From an uncultured Syntrophomonadaceae bacterium (GTDB lineage Bacteria > Bacillota > Dethiobacteria > DTU022), in assembly GCA_964464625.1 (NCBI GenBank), contig CAYXKD010000004.1, positions 6,966 to 70,965 of the forward strand: DNA of 64,000 nucleotides, read 5' to 3'. Positions 1-8,873 of this stretch are shown here, piece after piece (the stretch's first letter is position 1; every line of letters begins with the position of its first letter). The notes beneath the pieces are model-generated. The model was given only the letters and a program-made list of their open reading frames with translations. It searched no databases and was not told the origin of the DNA. Position numbers and translations under genes: made by a program.

Positions 1-954
1 TCTTAATATTTAAGGGCAGGAGGCAGGATTCGGTATAGTGACGAATGGCTGGAATAAAGCCTAGAGAATCCAGCAGCGTTGGGCGAAGATCGGAGATGAT
101 GCGGTTGACTTCGTTGTTGATCTGAACGGCGGTGGTGTGGACTTTTGACAGCATGGCTAAGAATCTCTGATCCTGCAGCCCCATCATCCTGGCCATTTCG
201 CTCAACGTTTTTAGATTCAGCGTTAAAGCGGCCAGCATCTGGCTCGTTTCATCGTGCAGCTCCTGAGAAATCCTTTTCTTCTCCTTCTCCTGAGCATTGA
301 TCACCTGGCGCGCCACATCGCGGTACCTCTCCCTTTTATCCTGCAGCCTCTCCTGAAGCCGGAAGTGGCCCACAGCAAGACCCAGTTGATCCCCGATGGA
401 GTGCAATATATGCATATCTTTTTCATCAAAATGCTTTACCTGGCAGCTGGCGCAGTTCAACACCCCCAAAACCTCTTCCCGAAAACGTAAGGGAACGCTG
501 ATAAAGGCGCGCAGCCCCTCTGTCTTGATGAGATCCCCATGGAGAGCTTCCCTCTCTTCAGAAATATCGTCCAGCAGGATCGCCTTTCCTGTGGAGGCCA
601 CCTTTCCATTAATCCCTTCGCCGGGCTTGACAGACATTATCCGGGCAAATTCATGGGACAAACCATGATACACATGGTAGGTCAGCTTCTGTCTCCGCTC
701 ATCCAGAAGCATTACACCGCCATAAGTGCCCCCGATAAATTCAAGCGTTTTCTGCACCCCTAGACTCAGGATTGTGTCAAGGTCGCTCAGCCCGCTCACT
801 GTGGAGGTGATCTGGCTCAAGAGCAACAGCGGATCAATAGCCTTTTTCTCGCCGCTATTTTCGTCTAAAGGAGGATCTATCGTGGGAATTCCTGTATGTT
901 CAACATGCCCCGGTGATAAGTTGGCCGGCGATGGATCCATCCCTGCAACCATTT
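1..954 (-). CDS. GAF-domain sensor histidine kinase, NarL-type (HisKA_3 H-box ...ISQELHDETSQML...), N-terminal part; gene runs off the left edge
   Basis: Minus-strand translation from ATG (complement 952-954) with RBS GGAGGTC upstream. GAF-like region, then H-box ELHDE typical of NarL/DegS-family kinases. No stop before the window edge. Confidence 0.8.
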
Positions 955-1243
955 TTTGGACCTCCCTTCGTAATATAGTCTTAGTATATGCCCTCTTTAG
1001 ACAATTGGGAATATTGCCAAACCTGATATCATTATACTTGACGGAGGCTTTGGCTGTCAATATCTCGCAGAATTTATCCTGGAATTTTTAACTTGGGCCA
1101 GTTGACAAAGTAAATGCAACCGGGACTTTAGAGAAGGGTTGCGGTAACTCCGACAAATAGACAGGGCCAGTTGAAAAAGTAGATGCAAGGGGTGCCCGGT
1201 GGGGGTCGGTGCGGTGCGCTGCTATTTGTGTCGTCACCATTTC

Positions 1244-2011
1244 TTAACTTGCAGGAGGCGGCGGCAGCCCCACAAGTCGGTAGAGGCGGCGCACCTCTGC
1301 GCCGCTGAGAGGGCGGTATTTTCCCCTTTCCAGCTTTGAGGCGGTAAGGAAAGCAAATCCTGTCCGGCGCAGCTCCAGGACAGGATGGCCCGCAGCGGCG
1401 CACATCCTTTTAACCTGTCTTTTCCGCCCCTCCATCAGGGTTATCTCCAGCAGAGCGCCGCCGCTGCCGGGAAGGCGGCGGAGCAGCTTCACTTTCGCCG
1501 GGGCGGTGAGCCCCTCTTCAAGAGCCATCCCCCGGGCCATCCGGGACAGAGTGCGGGCTGCGGGAATCCCTTTTACCCGGACGAGGTATCTCTTCTCCAC
1601 GCCGAAGCGCGGGTGAGTGAGGCGATAAGCCAGTTCGCCGTCATTGGTGAGCAGCAGCAGTCCCGTTGTATCGAGATCAAGGCGCCCCGCAGGGTAGAGG
1701 CGGGCGGAAATTTCACCGGGGAGGAGAAGATCCATGACCGTCGGCCGGCCCCGGGGGTCGGTAACAGTGGAGAGGTAGCCGGCGGGTTTGTCCAGGAGCA
1801 GGTACTGTTTCTCTGCGACGGGCTTCACTTTGCGGCCGTCAACGGCGACTTCATCTTCCGGTCCGACGCGGTGCTGCGGAAGGGTGACCCTCTTCCCGTT
1901 CACTTCCACCCTACCTGCAGCAATGATCTGCTCGGCCTTGCGCCGCGAAGCAACGCCGGACAGGGAAAGATACCTGGAGAGCCGCATATTTATAATTTGA
2001 TCCTTTTTCAT
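1244..2011 (-). CDS. rluB: 23S rRNA pseudouridine synthase (RsuA/RluB family) with N-terminal S4 domain
   Basis: ORF track 1244..2017. S4 motif MRLSRYLSLSGVASRRKAEQII and pseudouridine synthase core (PAGRLD). ATG at 2011 is preceded by RBS AAGGG. Confidence 0.85.
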   Translation of the reverse strand: MKKDQIINMRLSRYLSLSGVASRRKAEQIIAAGRVEVNGKRVTLPQHRVGPEDEVAVDGRKVKPVAEKQYLLLDKPAGYLSTVTDPRGRPTVMDLLLPGEISARLYPAGRLDLDTTGLLLLTNDGELAYRLTHPRFGVEKRYLVRVKGIPAARTLSRMARGMALEEGLTAPAKVKLLRRLPGSGGALLEITLMEGRKRQVKRMCAAAGHPVLELRRTGFAFLTASKLERGKYRPLSGAEVRRLYRLVGLPPPPAS

Positions 2012-2427
2012 AGACAATACCCTTACCTTCCATAGCTAAACGGCACTCTGAAGCCCGCCGCCCTGATATTGGATATTTTCTCCGTTACAGTCTCTGGCGC
2101 AGGCAGGCCGCTCTAAGGCGCCATCAGGTTAATCTCAGGCACGCTCGGGTCGAACTCAGACACGCTCAGGCCAATCTCAGAGTCCAGCAAGGTCACTTCA
2201 CTTGATGCGGCGCTGTGTCAGGCTGTGTCAGGCTGTGCCAGGCCGCTTCAGTTGAGGCGGCGCCGCACCAGGCGGCCATACTTCGCATCAGGTCACTTCG
2301 CGCCAGGTTACATCATCTTGATTATTGCAGCTTGATTATGCTTTTGCAAGGGAGGCTGGGCCGGCCGGCAGGAGCGGCCGGGTGTGCCGGTGAAGGGCGC
2401 TCAGAGAAAAAGGAAAGGGGTACCCCG

Positions 2428-3807
2428 CTATTTTGCAGCGAATATCCCCAGGAGGCCGAGCCTGTCAAGGCGCCGTTTTATAGCCGCGGTGTCGGTGCTG
2501 TAGAGGTTTTGCCGCCTGAGGTGCTCCCAGAGCGGGCCTCCGGAGAGGCTGTAGACCACCTCGTATTTTTCGCTGCCCCCCGCAGGCAGATCTGTCAGGG
2601 CGGTCAGCGCAATAAGTTCGCCGCAAACGCAGCCCCGGGGCAGCTGCAGCAGCTCTTCGCCGCGGCTCAGGCGCCAGGCATTGTGACCGGCCAGTGTGCC
2701 GGTAACCATCGCCTCGGTATGGCCCAGGCTCAGGCCGGCCCTCTCGCCGGCCGCAAATAGATTTTTCAGCGGGGGGACAAGCAGCCGCCTGTCACGCTCG
2801 ATGATGCCGCTGAAGCGGATGGAGTTGCCCCGGCCGCCTCCCAGGGGATCGCGGAATACAGCTTCTTCCAAACCGGGCAGGCTGCGCAGGATGGAGAGGG
2901 GCAGGTAGGGCACCATCATCTTGATGGCCCCGGTGTCGAGAAGGATGAGGTTGTGGGCATATGCCTCGGAGCTGTACTGGCGGCAGGCCTTTATCTGTAT
3001 GGAGAGGCTGCTTTGCGGGGTGAGAGCCCGGGCCGGCAGCGGTATGACCACCACCCCTTTTTCCCTTACCTCTTCCCGCAGCCACAGCGCCAGCGACGCC
3101 GGCTCCAGCTCGCAAGAGCCGCTGAAATAGCCGGGGGCACCGCCCCGCCGCAGGATTCTCCTCTCCGCAGCCCCCGCCTTCACAGCTATGCTTACCCTGG
3201 GCCCAAAGGTGGGACAGCGGTAGATGCACATGGCGCAGCCGTTGCCGAAACGGCTGCAGTTGCGCAGCGGGCCGGCGGTGCCGCCGGCATCAATAAACAC
3301 CGCCCCCCGGAGCAGCAATTCCTTCCTGCCCCCTCCATCCCCTCCATTCACCCCATTCACCCCATCCACCCCATCTTTTCCATCTTCCCCATCTTCCCCA
3401 TCCCCCTGCAGCACCCTGACTGCCTCAACGATTCCATCCCTGGTGAGAGCATCAACAGCCCGGCTTTGCCGCAGCAGCCTCACCCCGCTCTCAAGAAGGA
3501 GCCGCTCCACCGGCAGCTCAACCTTCTCCACATCGTAGAGGGAGGCATGGCGGTGCCCGGGAAAATCGATGCCGCTATGGCGGGCGGCGGCATCTGTTAT
3601 GTCGATGAGCTCGCCAGCCCCCATGAGCTTCAGCTCTTCTGCGGCGCTGTAGCGCCCGTTATTACGCATGATTCCCCCGACCAGCCCCGAGGCGAGCAGG
3701 CGATCCGTCCGCTCCACAAGGGTTACCGGCAGGCCCTTCTTCACCGCCGCCAGGGCCGCAGCACAGCCGGCCCAGCCGCCGCCGATTACGACAAGCTGTT
3801 CTCTCAA
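2428..3807 (-). CDS. FAD-dependent oxidoreductase (Rossmann GGGWAGCAAALAA, Cys-rich CxxxxxCxxCxxxC motif) carrying an in-frame (D-G-x)n low-complexity insertion
   Basis: ORF 2428..3918 trimmed to TTG start complement(3805-3807) with RBS AAGGGG, which avoids overlap with spmB. FAD-binding dinucleotide fold at the N-terminus. Lies downstream of spmB and is possibly co-transcribed with it. Confidence 0.6.
   Translation of the reverse strand: MREQLVVIGGGWAGCAAALAAVKKGLPVTLVERTDRLLASGLVGGIMRNNGRYSAAEELKLMGAGELIDITDAAARHSGIDFPGHRHASLYDVEKVELPVERLLLESGVRLLRQSRAVDALTRDGIVEAVRVLQGDGEDGEDGKDGVDGVNGVNGGDGGGRKELLLRGAVFIDAGGTAGPLRNCSRFGNGCAMCIYRCPTFGPRVSIAVKAGAAERRILRRGGAPGYFSGSCELEPASLALWLREEVREKGVVVIPLPARALTPQSSLSIQIKACRQYSSEAYAHNLILLDTGAIKMMVPYLPLSILRSLPGLEEAVFRDPLGGGRGNSIRFSGIIERDRRLLVPPLKNLFAAGERAGLSLGHTEAMVTGTLAGHNAWRLSRGEELLQLPRGCVCGELIALTALTDLPAGGSEKYEVVYSLSGGPLWEHLRRQNLYSTDTAAIKRRLDRLGLLGIFAAK
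3329..3410. repeat. About 8 tandem copies of a 9-bp unit (minus-strand GATGGGGWR) inside the FAD oxidoreductase CDS; encodes GDGEDGEDGKDGVDGVNGVNGGDGG
   Basis: Plus strand reads caccccattcaccccatccaccccatcttttccatcttccccatcttccccatcccc; periodicity 9 nt, in frame. Confidence 0.85.
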
Positions 3808-3838
3808 GTCGATAGCGCCCCTTAGGAACTTGCTTGCT

Positions 3839-4375
3839 TTAGCCGAATACAACCCGGCAGATAGCGATTGCCGCGATAAAACCGCCCAGATCGGCCAGCA
3901 GCCCCGCGGCCGGGGCATGCCGGCTCTTTTTAATTCCTGCGGCCCCGAAATAAACGGTAAGGATATAAAATGTTGTCTCTGTGCTCCCCATCATTGTGGA
4001 GGCGATCCTCCCCATCAGGGTGTCGGCCCCCTGGCGCTCCAGAATATCGGAGAGGATGGCCAGGGAGGCGCTCCCGGAAAGGGGGCGCATCACCGCCAGG
4101 GGCAGCACCTCTGCAGGCACATGGAGCCGCTCAAGCAGCGGCGCCAGGCAGTTTGCCAGAATCTCCATGGCCCCGGAATCCTGAAAAAGGGTGATGGCAA
4201 CAAGCATGGCCACCAGGTAAGGGATGAGGCGGACAGAGATGAGAAAACCCTCTTTGGCCCCCTCGACAAATTTCTCGAAAAGATCAACGCGGCGCCGGAT
4301 TGATCCCAGGATCGCGGCGGCAATGAGAAGAGGGATGAGCCATGCCGCCAGAATGTCTACCGCCCGGGCCGCCAT
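3839..4375 (-). CDS. spmB: Spore maturation protein B
   Basis: Homology to SpmB (MAARAVDILAAWLIPLLIAA...TMMGSTETTFYILTVYFG). ATG at complement(4373-4375) lies 3 nt after the spmA stop. Confidence 0.85.
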   Translation of the reverse strand: MAARAVDILAAWLIPLLIAAAILGSIRRRVDLFEKFVEGAKEGFLISVRLIPYLVAMLVAITLFQDSGAMEILANCLAPLLERLHVPAEVLPLAVMRPLSGSASLAILSDILERQGADTLMGRIASTMMGSTETTFYILTVYFGAAGIKKSRHAPAAGLLADLGGFIAAIAICRVVFG

Positions 4376-4377
4376 AG

Positions 4378-4989
4378 CTATGGTTTGACCCGCTTCCGGA
4401 GGAGTCGATCCGCCAGGAGCGCCACTGCAGTAGAGCAGAGGGTGGCTGCTATGGTGGTGCCCAGGATATCGGCCGGATTTGCCGCTCCCGCCGCCGCCCG
4501 CAGGGCCATCACCGTTGCAGGTATGATGGTGATGCTGGAGGTGTTGACGGCGAGAAAGGTGCACATTTCATCGGAGGCGCTATCGCCGGAAGCGTTGATT
4601 TTCTGCATCTCCTCCATAGCTTTGATTCCGAAAGGTGTGGCTGCATTGCCCAGGCCGAGAACATTGGCGCTCAGATTCATCAGGATGGCGCCCATCGCCG
4701 GATGCCCCGCAGGGAGGCGGGGAAAGAGAAGACGCGCCAGGGGGCGGAGCAACCTGTTGAGCAGATCCATTATTCCCGAGGATTCAATCAATTTCATCAT
4801 GCCCAGCCAGAAGGTCATCGTCCCGATAAGGCCGAAAGCCACCCTGACGCCCCGCTCCGCTGCAGAAAATATTCCCGGCGTTATCACCGCCATTTCACCC
4901 CGCAGGGCGGCAGTTAAAATAGAGATAAGGATAAGGGCCGCCCAAAGATAGCCGATCATCCTCTTACCCACCCGCCCCCCGGAGTGCAA
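4378..4989 (-). CDS. spmA: Spore maturation protein A
   Basis: Nucleoside-transporter-like SpmA family membrane protein. Lies between dacB and spmB as in the B. subtilis dacB-spmA-spmB operon. True start may be the internal Met near 4956. Confidence 0.8.
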   Translation of the reverse strand: MHSGGRVGKRMIGYLWAALILISILTAALRGEMAVITPGIFSAAERGVRVAFGLIGTMTFWLGMMKLIESSGIMDLLNRLLRPLARLLFPRLPAGHPAMGAILMNLSANVLGLGNAATPFGIKAMEEMQKINASGDSASDEMCTFLAVNTSSITIIPATVMALRAAAGAANPADILGTTIAATLCSTAVALLADRLLRKRVKP

Positions 4990-6095
4990 AATAGATCCAA
5001 GATATATCTGTAAAATTTCTTTTTTCCGACAGCATGGCCGGAATGAAGGGGAATGCTTTCGATGGGATCATCCCCCAGCCAGAGCTCCGCCTCTCCCAGG
5101 ACTGTCCCGGCCTCCAGGGGCGCCTTGATCGATTCCTCCAGGGTGATCTTGCAGTGCAGGGCCTTCTCCTCGCCAGGCAGGAGCGGCAGGTAAAGGTCCT
5201 CCTTTACCATTGCCTCCACGCGGCTGCTCCCCTTATATACCGGGGCGGTGCAGAGGACCTGGCCCCGGTGGAATATCCGGCGGTGCCGGTAATGCTCAAA
5301 GCCGTAGTCAAGCAGGGCGGCGGCATCCTCCCACATCTGCGGCGCATTCAGGACGATGCAGATAAGCTGCCAACCCTCCCGGGTGGCAGAGCCGACAAAA
5401 CAGCGCCCCGCCTCCCTGGTCCAGCCGGTTTTGACTCCGTCGCCGCCGGGATAAATCTCCAGCAGGCGGTTCTGGTTGCTCATCGCCCGGTCCCAGGGGT
5501 GGCCGGGCCAGGAGATGGTCCATTCGGGGGTGGCAATGATCTGGCGGAAACGTTCATTGTGTAGCGCCCGGCAGGTGATCAATCCCAGGTCACGGGCGGT
5601 GCTGTAGTGGATTCCACCGGGGAGGCCGTGGGGATTGGAGAATAAGGTATCCTTCGCCCCCAGTGCAGCGGCCTCTTCATTCATCATCAGAACAAAATCT
5701 TTCTCCGTTCCCCCGATATGCTCGGCAATGGCCACGGCGGCATCATTGCCCGAGCGCAACATCAAGCCGTAGAGAAGCTCTCCCAGCGTCTTCTGCTCAC
5801 CCCTCTCCAGCCAGATGGAGGAGCCCTCCGTTTCCGCCGCTTTCCGGCTTACCCTGACAGGGTCCTCCTCACAGCCCCGCTCCAGAGCCAGCAGTGCCGT
5901 CATGATCTTTGTCGTCGAGGCGATGGGCAGGCGGCGGCGGGCCTCTTTCTCCCAGAGAACCCTGCCGCTGTCCCGGTCTATGAGAATTGCCGCCACTGCG
6001 CTGACCTCAGGCTCTTCCGCCGCCAGGACCGGGAGAAAAATGAGAGAGACCACCGTCATGATTGCTATAGAGATCGCCCGCTGTAATAGCCGCAC
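4956..6095 (-). CDS. dacB: D-alanyl-D-alanine carboxypeptidase (peptidase S11, sporulation PBP5*-type)
   Basis: SxxK active-site motif (ASTTKIMTAL), S11 fold and signal peptide. Position upstream of spmAB. Confidence 0.85.
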   Translation of the reverse strand: MRLLQRAISIAIMTVVSLIFLPVLAAEEPEVSAVAAILIDRDSGRVLWEKEARRRLPIASTTKIMTALLALERGCEEDPVRVSRKAAETEGSSIWLERGEQKTLGELLYGLMLRSGNDAAVAIAEHIGGTEKDFVLMMNEEAAALGAKDTLFSNPHGLPGGIHYSTARDLGLITCRALHNERFRQIIATPEWTISWPGHPWDRAMSNQNRLLEIYPGGDGVKTGWTREAGRCFVGSATREGWQLICIVLNAPQMWEDAAALLDYGFEHYRHRRIFHRGQVLCTAPVYKGSSRVEAMVKEDLYLPLLPGEEKALHCKITLEESIKAPLEAGTVLGEAELWLGDDPIESIPLHSGHAVGKKKFYRYILDLFCTPGGGWVRG

Positions 6096-6348
6096 CGCTT
6101 TCGCTCCCGGGAGAAGATAAAGAAACTCTATGGTTCATAAATATTCCCGCGGCATTGATTTTATGTTTTTGGTGGCAGCCTGCAGGCAGACAGCAGACAG
6201 CAGCATGCGACACACAACAGACAGCATGCGGCAGACTGCAGAGGGCAGGCGGCGATGAGCAGCAGGCGGCAAGGAGGATTGCAGAGAGGCCCGTTGCAGG
6301 CGGCAGGGCAGCGCAGCGGCCGGGCGGCTCTCTGTAAAATGACGGGGC

Positions 6349-6807
6349 TTACCTGTAGCGTCCCGAAGTGGTTGTTCCCTCTTCCCGGGTGCTTCGCCCT
6401 TCACCGCGGCGATTGAAGATCTCCTGAAACTGCTCCATTATCTGGGGGGCCATATCGATAAGCCGGTCGAGCATGGCGTGGCGGTCCACAGGCAAAAGCC
6501 GCACCTGCCCCTGACCCGCTATGAGAAAGGCAACAGGCTGCACCGAAACACCGCCGCCGCTGCCTCCGCCAAAGGGTAGTTCATCCTTGTTGTTGCTCTT
6601 GTTTTGGTTGTTGCCGCCGCCATTTTGCGCGAACTCCGTCCCTCCTGCGGCAAAGCCGAAGGAAACCCTGGAGATGGGAATAATTACGCTGCCGTCGGGC
6701 GTCTCCACGGCATCACCGACGATCTTGTTTACATCGACCATCTCTTTTAAATTCTCCATGGCTGTTTTCATGAGTCCCTCAATGGGATGATGTTCCACTA
6801 GCCGCAC
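6349..6807 (-). CDS. ytfJ: Sporulation protein YtfJ (GerW family)
   Basis: About 150 aa, conserved ...PISRVSFGFAAGGTEF... core. Paired with ytfI as in Bacillus. Confidence 0.8.
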   Translation of the reverse strand: MRLVEHHPIEGLMKTAMENLKEMVDVNKIVGDAVETPDGSVIIPISRVSFGFAAGGTEFAQNGGGNNQNKSNNKDELPFGGGSGGGVSVQPVAFLIAGQGQVRLLPVDRHAMLDRLIDMAPQIMEQFQEIFNRRGEGRSTREEGTTTSGRYR

Positions 6808-7411
6808 CTCCTGTTGTTTTTACAATGTGCCAGAGCCATAACCACCGGTAAAGAGCCAGGGCCGCCTCACCCTCCCAGCGCAGCCGGAGCTCCGCCGGCG
6901 CAAAAAGGGGTTTGATCTGCAACCGCGGCCTCGCCGTCATCGAAAAGTATTCCTGAAGCAGGCCGGCAAGAGCGCCTCCAAGGGCCCAGCAACCGCCGGC
7001 GGCCAGGCCTGTCAAGGCGGGATCATCCCAGCCAAAGGATAGCTCCAGGTCAAAATGAGACCAGATGACCTTTTTCAGCAGCGGTCCGGCCTGCCGGCGC
7101 AGCGACAGCAGCCCCTCTATATTTTGGGGATCAAGGAGATCGCTCCGCCACCTCATTGAGCGGGCCATTTTCTGCAAGACCGCTGCCGGCATTCTCATCC
7201 TGCCCAGGACCAGGTTCCAGGCGGGCTCCCCGCTCCTTTCCCAAAGCTCAAGGCGCCCTGTGAGCGGGCCCAGCCCTATGCGCAGGCTGAAATGATCTTT
7301 TCTATTTTCTCTAAGGTAGCGCACAAATATGCGCAGCGGCAGCAGGAGGAGCAATCCCAGCAGCAAAATCAAAACAAACCCAGCAAGGATCAGCCAGCCC
7401 CACCAGGCCAT
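6779..7411 (-). CDS. ytfI: DUF2953 / YtfI-family sporulation membrane protein
   Basis: N-terminal TM helix and YtfI-like architecture. Overlaps the ytfJ start (operon). Confidence 0.65.
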   Translation of the reverse strand: MAWWGWLILAGFVLILLLGLLLLLPLRIFVRYLRENRKDHFSLRIGLGPLTGRLELWERSGEPAWNLVLGRMRMPAAVLQKMARSMRWRSDLLDPQNIEGLLSLRRQAGPLLKKVIWSHFDLELSFGWDDPALTGLAAGGCWALGGALAGLLQEYFSMTARPRLQIKPLFAPAELRLRWEGEAALALYRWLWLWHIVKTTGGAASGTSSH

Positions 7412-7510
7412 AAATGCCCGCCCCCGATCAATTTTCCCTGATAAACAATATTTTGCCCTTTATTGTGAAAAAATAGCGCCGCAGCACCGGAGAGCTCGCC
7501 CCATTCAGTA

Positions 7511-7552
7511 AACTTAGTAAACTTGGTGCCTGGCACCGGTTTACTAACTTAC
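7511..7552. repeat. Palindromic repeat unit (ttagtaaacttggtgcc-t-ggcaccggtttactaa), copy A, just downstream of scpB
   Basis: Near-perfect inverted repeat seen directly in sequence. Member of a family with 7 loci in the window. Confidence 0.9.
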
Positions 7553-7564
7553 TAATTAAGTTGG

Positions 7565-8074
7565 CTAGATGTCGAGGGGTGGGAGTTCTTCCAGGCCTTT
7601 TAGGCCGAAGTACATTAAAAATTCGGGGGTTGTTTTGTAGATGAGGGGGCGGCCGGGCCCTTCTTTGCGGCCGCTGATGCGGATAAGTTTACGTTTTAAA
7701 AGGTTGTCGAGGATATGTTCGCAGCGGACGCCGCGCACCGCTTCGATCTCCATGCGCGTGAGCGGCTGCTTGTAGGCAATGATGGCCAGGGTCTCCAGGG
7801 CAGCCTGCGAAAGGTTCCCCGATTCTCCTTCGCCCAGCGCCTTCTCCAGGTAGGGCGCCAGCTCCGGTGCGGTGCCCATCTGGTAGCCTCCGGCAATGGC
7901 GAAGATGCGCAAGCCGCGCCCCTGTGAAGAGAGCTCCTGCTGCATCTGCTCCAGCAGCGCGCGCACCTCTTCGGTGCTGATTTCCAGGGCGGCAGCCAGC
8001 CTTTCCGCTTTCACCGGCTCTTCCTTCAAAAAAAGGAGCGCTTCAATTACAGCCTTGTACTGCTCATGCTCCAC
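7565..8074 (-). CDS. scpB: Segregation and condensation protein B
   Basis: ScpB winged-helix homology. Overlaps scpA. Confidence 0.9.
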   Translation of the reverse strand: MEHEQYKAVIEALLFLKEEPVKAERLAAALEISTEEVRALLEQMQQELSSQGRGLRIFAIAGGYQMGTAPELAPYLEKALGEGESGNLSQAALETLAIIAYKQPLTRMEIEAVRGVRCEHILDNLLKRKLIRISGRKEGPGRPLIYKTTPEFLMYFGLKGLEELPPLDI

Positions 8075-8873
8075 GGCTCTCCTCCTTTTTCAGCCTCACC
8101 AGAATGGGAGCGAAAGGTTTCTCCTGCAGCAAGACCACTTTGCGGAGCCGGGCCAGCTCCAGCAGGGAGATGAAAGTCACAAGCAGTTCCCAGAGCCCCT
8201 TCTCCCTGAGAAAGGAACGTAAGGGGAGCGTGCGGCCGCTGTGCTCCAGCAGAGCACAGATATAGGCGCTCTGATCGCTCACCGGCAGATCGTCAAGCAA
8301 TTCGATAACCGGCGCGATGGAGCGGGCTGCGGCGGCGGTTTCGAAGCGGTTCATGATTTCGCCCAGCAGATAGGCCCCCTCCCAATAGGTGTAATAGGAC
8401 TGCTGCTGCTCCTGATGATGTTGCTGCTGCTTATCCGAAAATATCAAAACCTTCTCGCCTGCCGTGGAGCGGAGAAATATTTTTTGCTGCTCTTCGGCAA
8501 GCCCGGCGAGGCGGCTGCCCGCCTCCTTAAAGAGGCGGTATTCCTCCAGCCTCAGGAAGAGTTCCTCAGGGCTGTTTATCCGGAAGAGCTCCTCGTCATC
8601 ATCATCCTCCTCTTCCCCGGCGGCCAGGGGCGGCCGGGGCAGGAGCATCTTCGATTTCAACCGCAGCAGCGTCGCCGCCATGACCAGAAATTCGCTGGCA
8701 ATATCGAGATTGAGCTCCCGCATGGAATTCAGGTAAGCGAGATACTGCTCCGTGATGGAGGCTATGGAAACAGACCAGATATCAAGTTCCGCCTTCTTCA
8801 CCAGGTGAAAAAGGAGATCAAAGGGCCCTTCGAAAACGGGCAGTTTGATGGTGTAAGCGTCTTGCTGCGGCAT
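8064..8873 (-). CDS. scpA: Segregation and condensation protein A
   Basis: ScpA homology (FEGPFDLLFHLV...). Confidence 0.9.
   Translation of the reverse strand: MPQQDAYTIKLPVFEGPFDLLFHLVKKAELDIWSVSIASITEQYLAYLNSMRELNLDIASEFLVMAATLLRLKSKMLLPRPPLAAGEEEDDDDEELFRINSPEELFLRLEEYRLFKEAGSRLAGLAEEQQKIFLRSTAGEKVLIFSDKQQQHHQEQQQSYYTYWEGAYLLGEIMNRFETAAAARSIAPVIELLDDLPVSDQSAYICALLEHSGRTLPLRSFLREKGLWELLVTFISLLELARLRKVVLLQEKPFAPILVRLKKEESRGA

Noticed and set aside
2428-3918. N-terminal 37 residues of the ORF-track version of the FAD oxidoreductase (MPRPRGCWPIWAVLSRQSLS...)
   Set aside because: They would overlap the spmB 3' end by 80 bp and look non-protein-like. A TTG start with a good RBS immediately upstream of the Rossmann motif is more plausible.
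7525-7545. TGGCAC hexamer inside every palindromic repeat unit (cTGGCACcggttTACt) looked like a sigma-54 -24 element, which would be interesting given the nearby sigma-54 activator
   Set aside because: The -12 element is TTAC/TACT and not TTGC at the required GG-N10-GC spacing. In the variant near the activator gene the downstream bases are CGGCGCAGG. So this is most likely a coincidence of the palindrome core and not a functional sigma-54 promoter.
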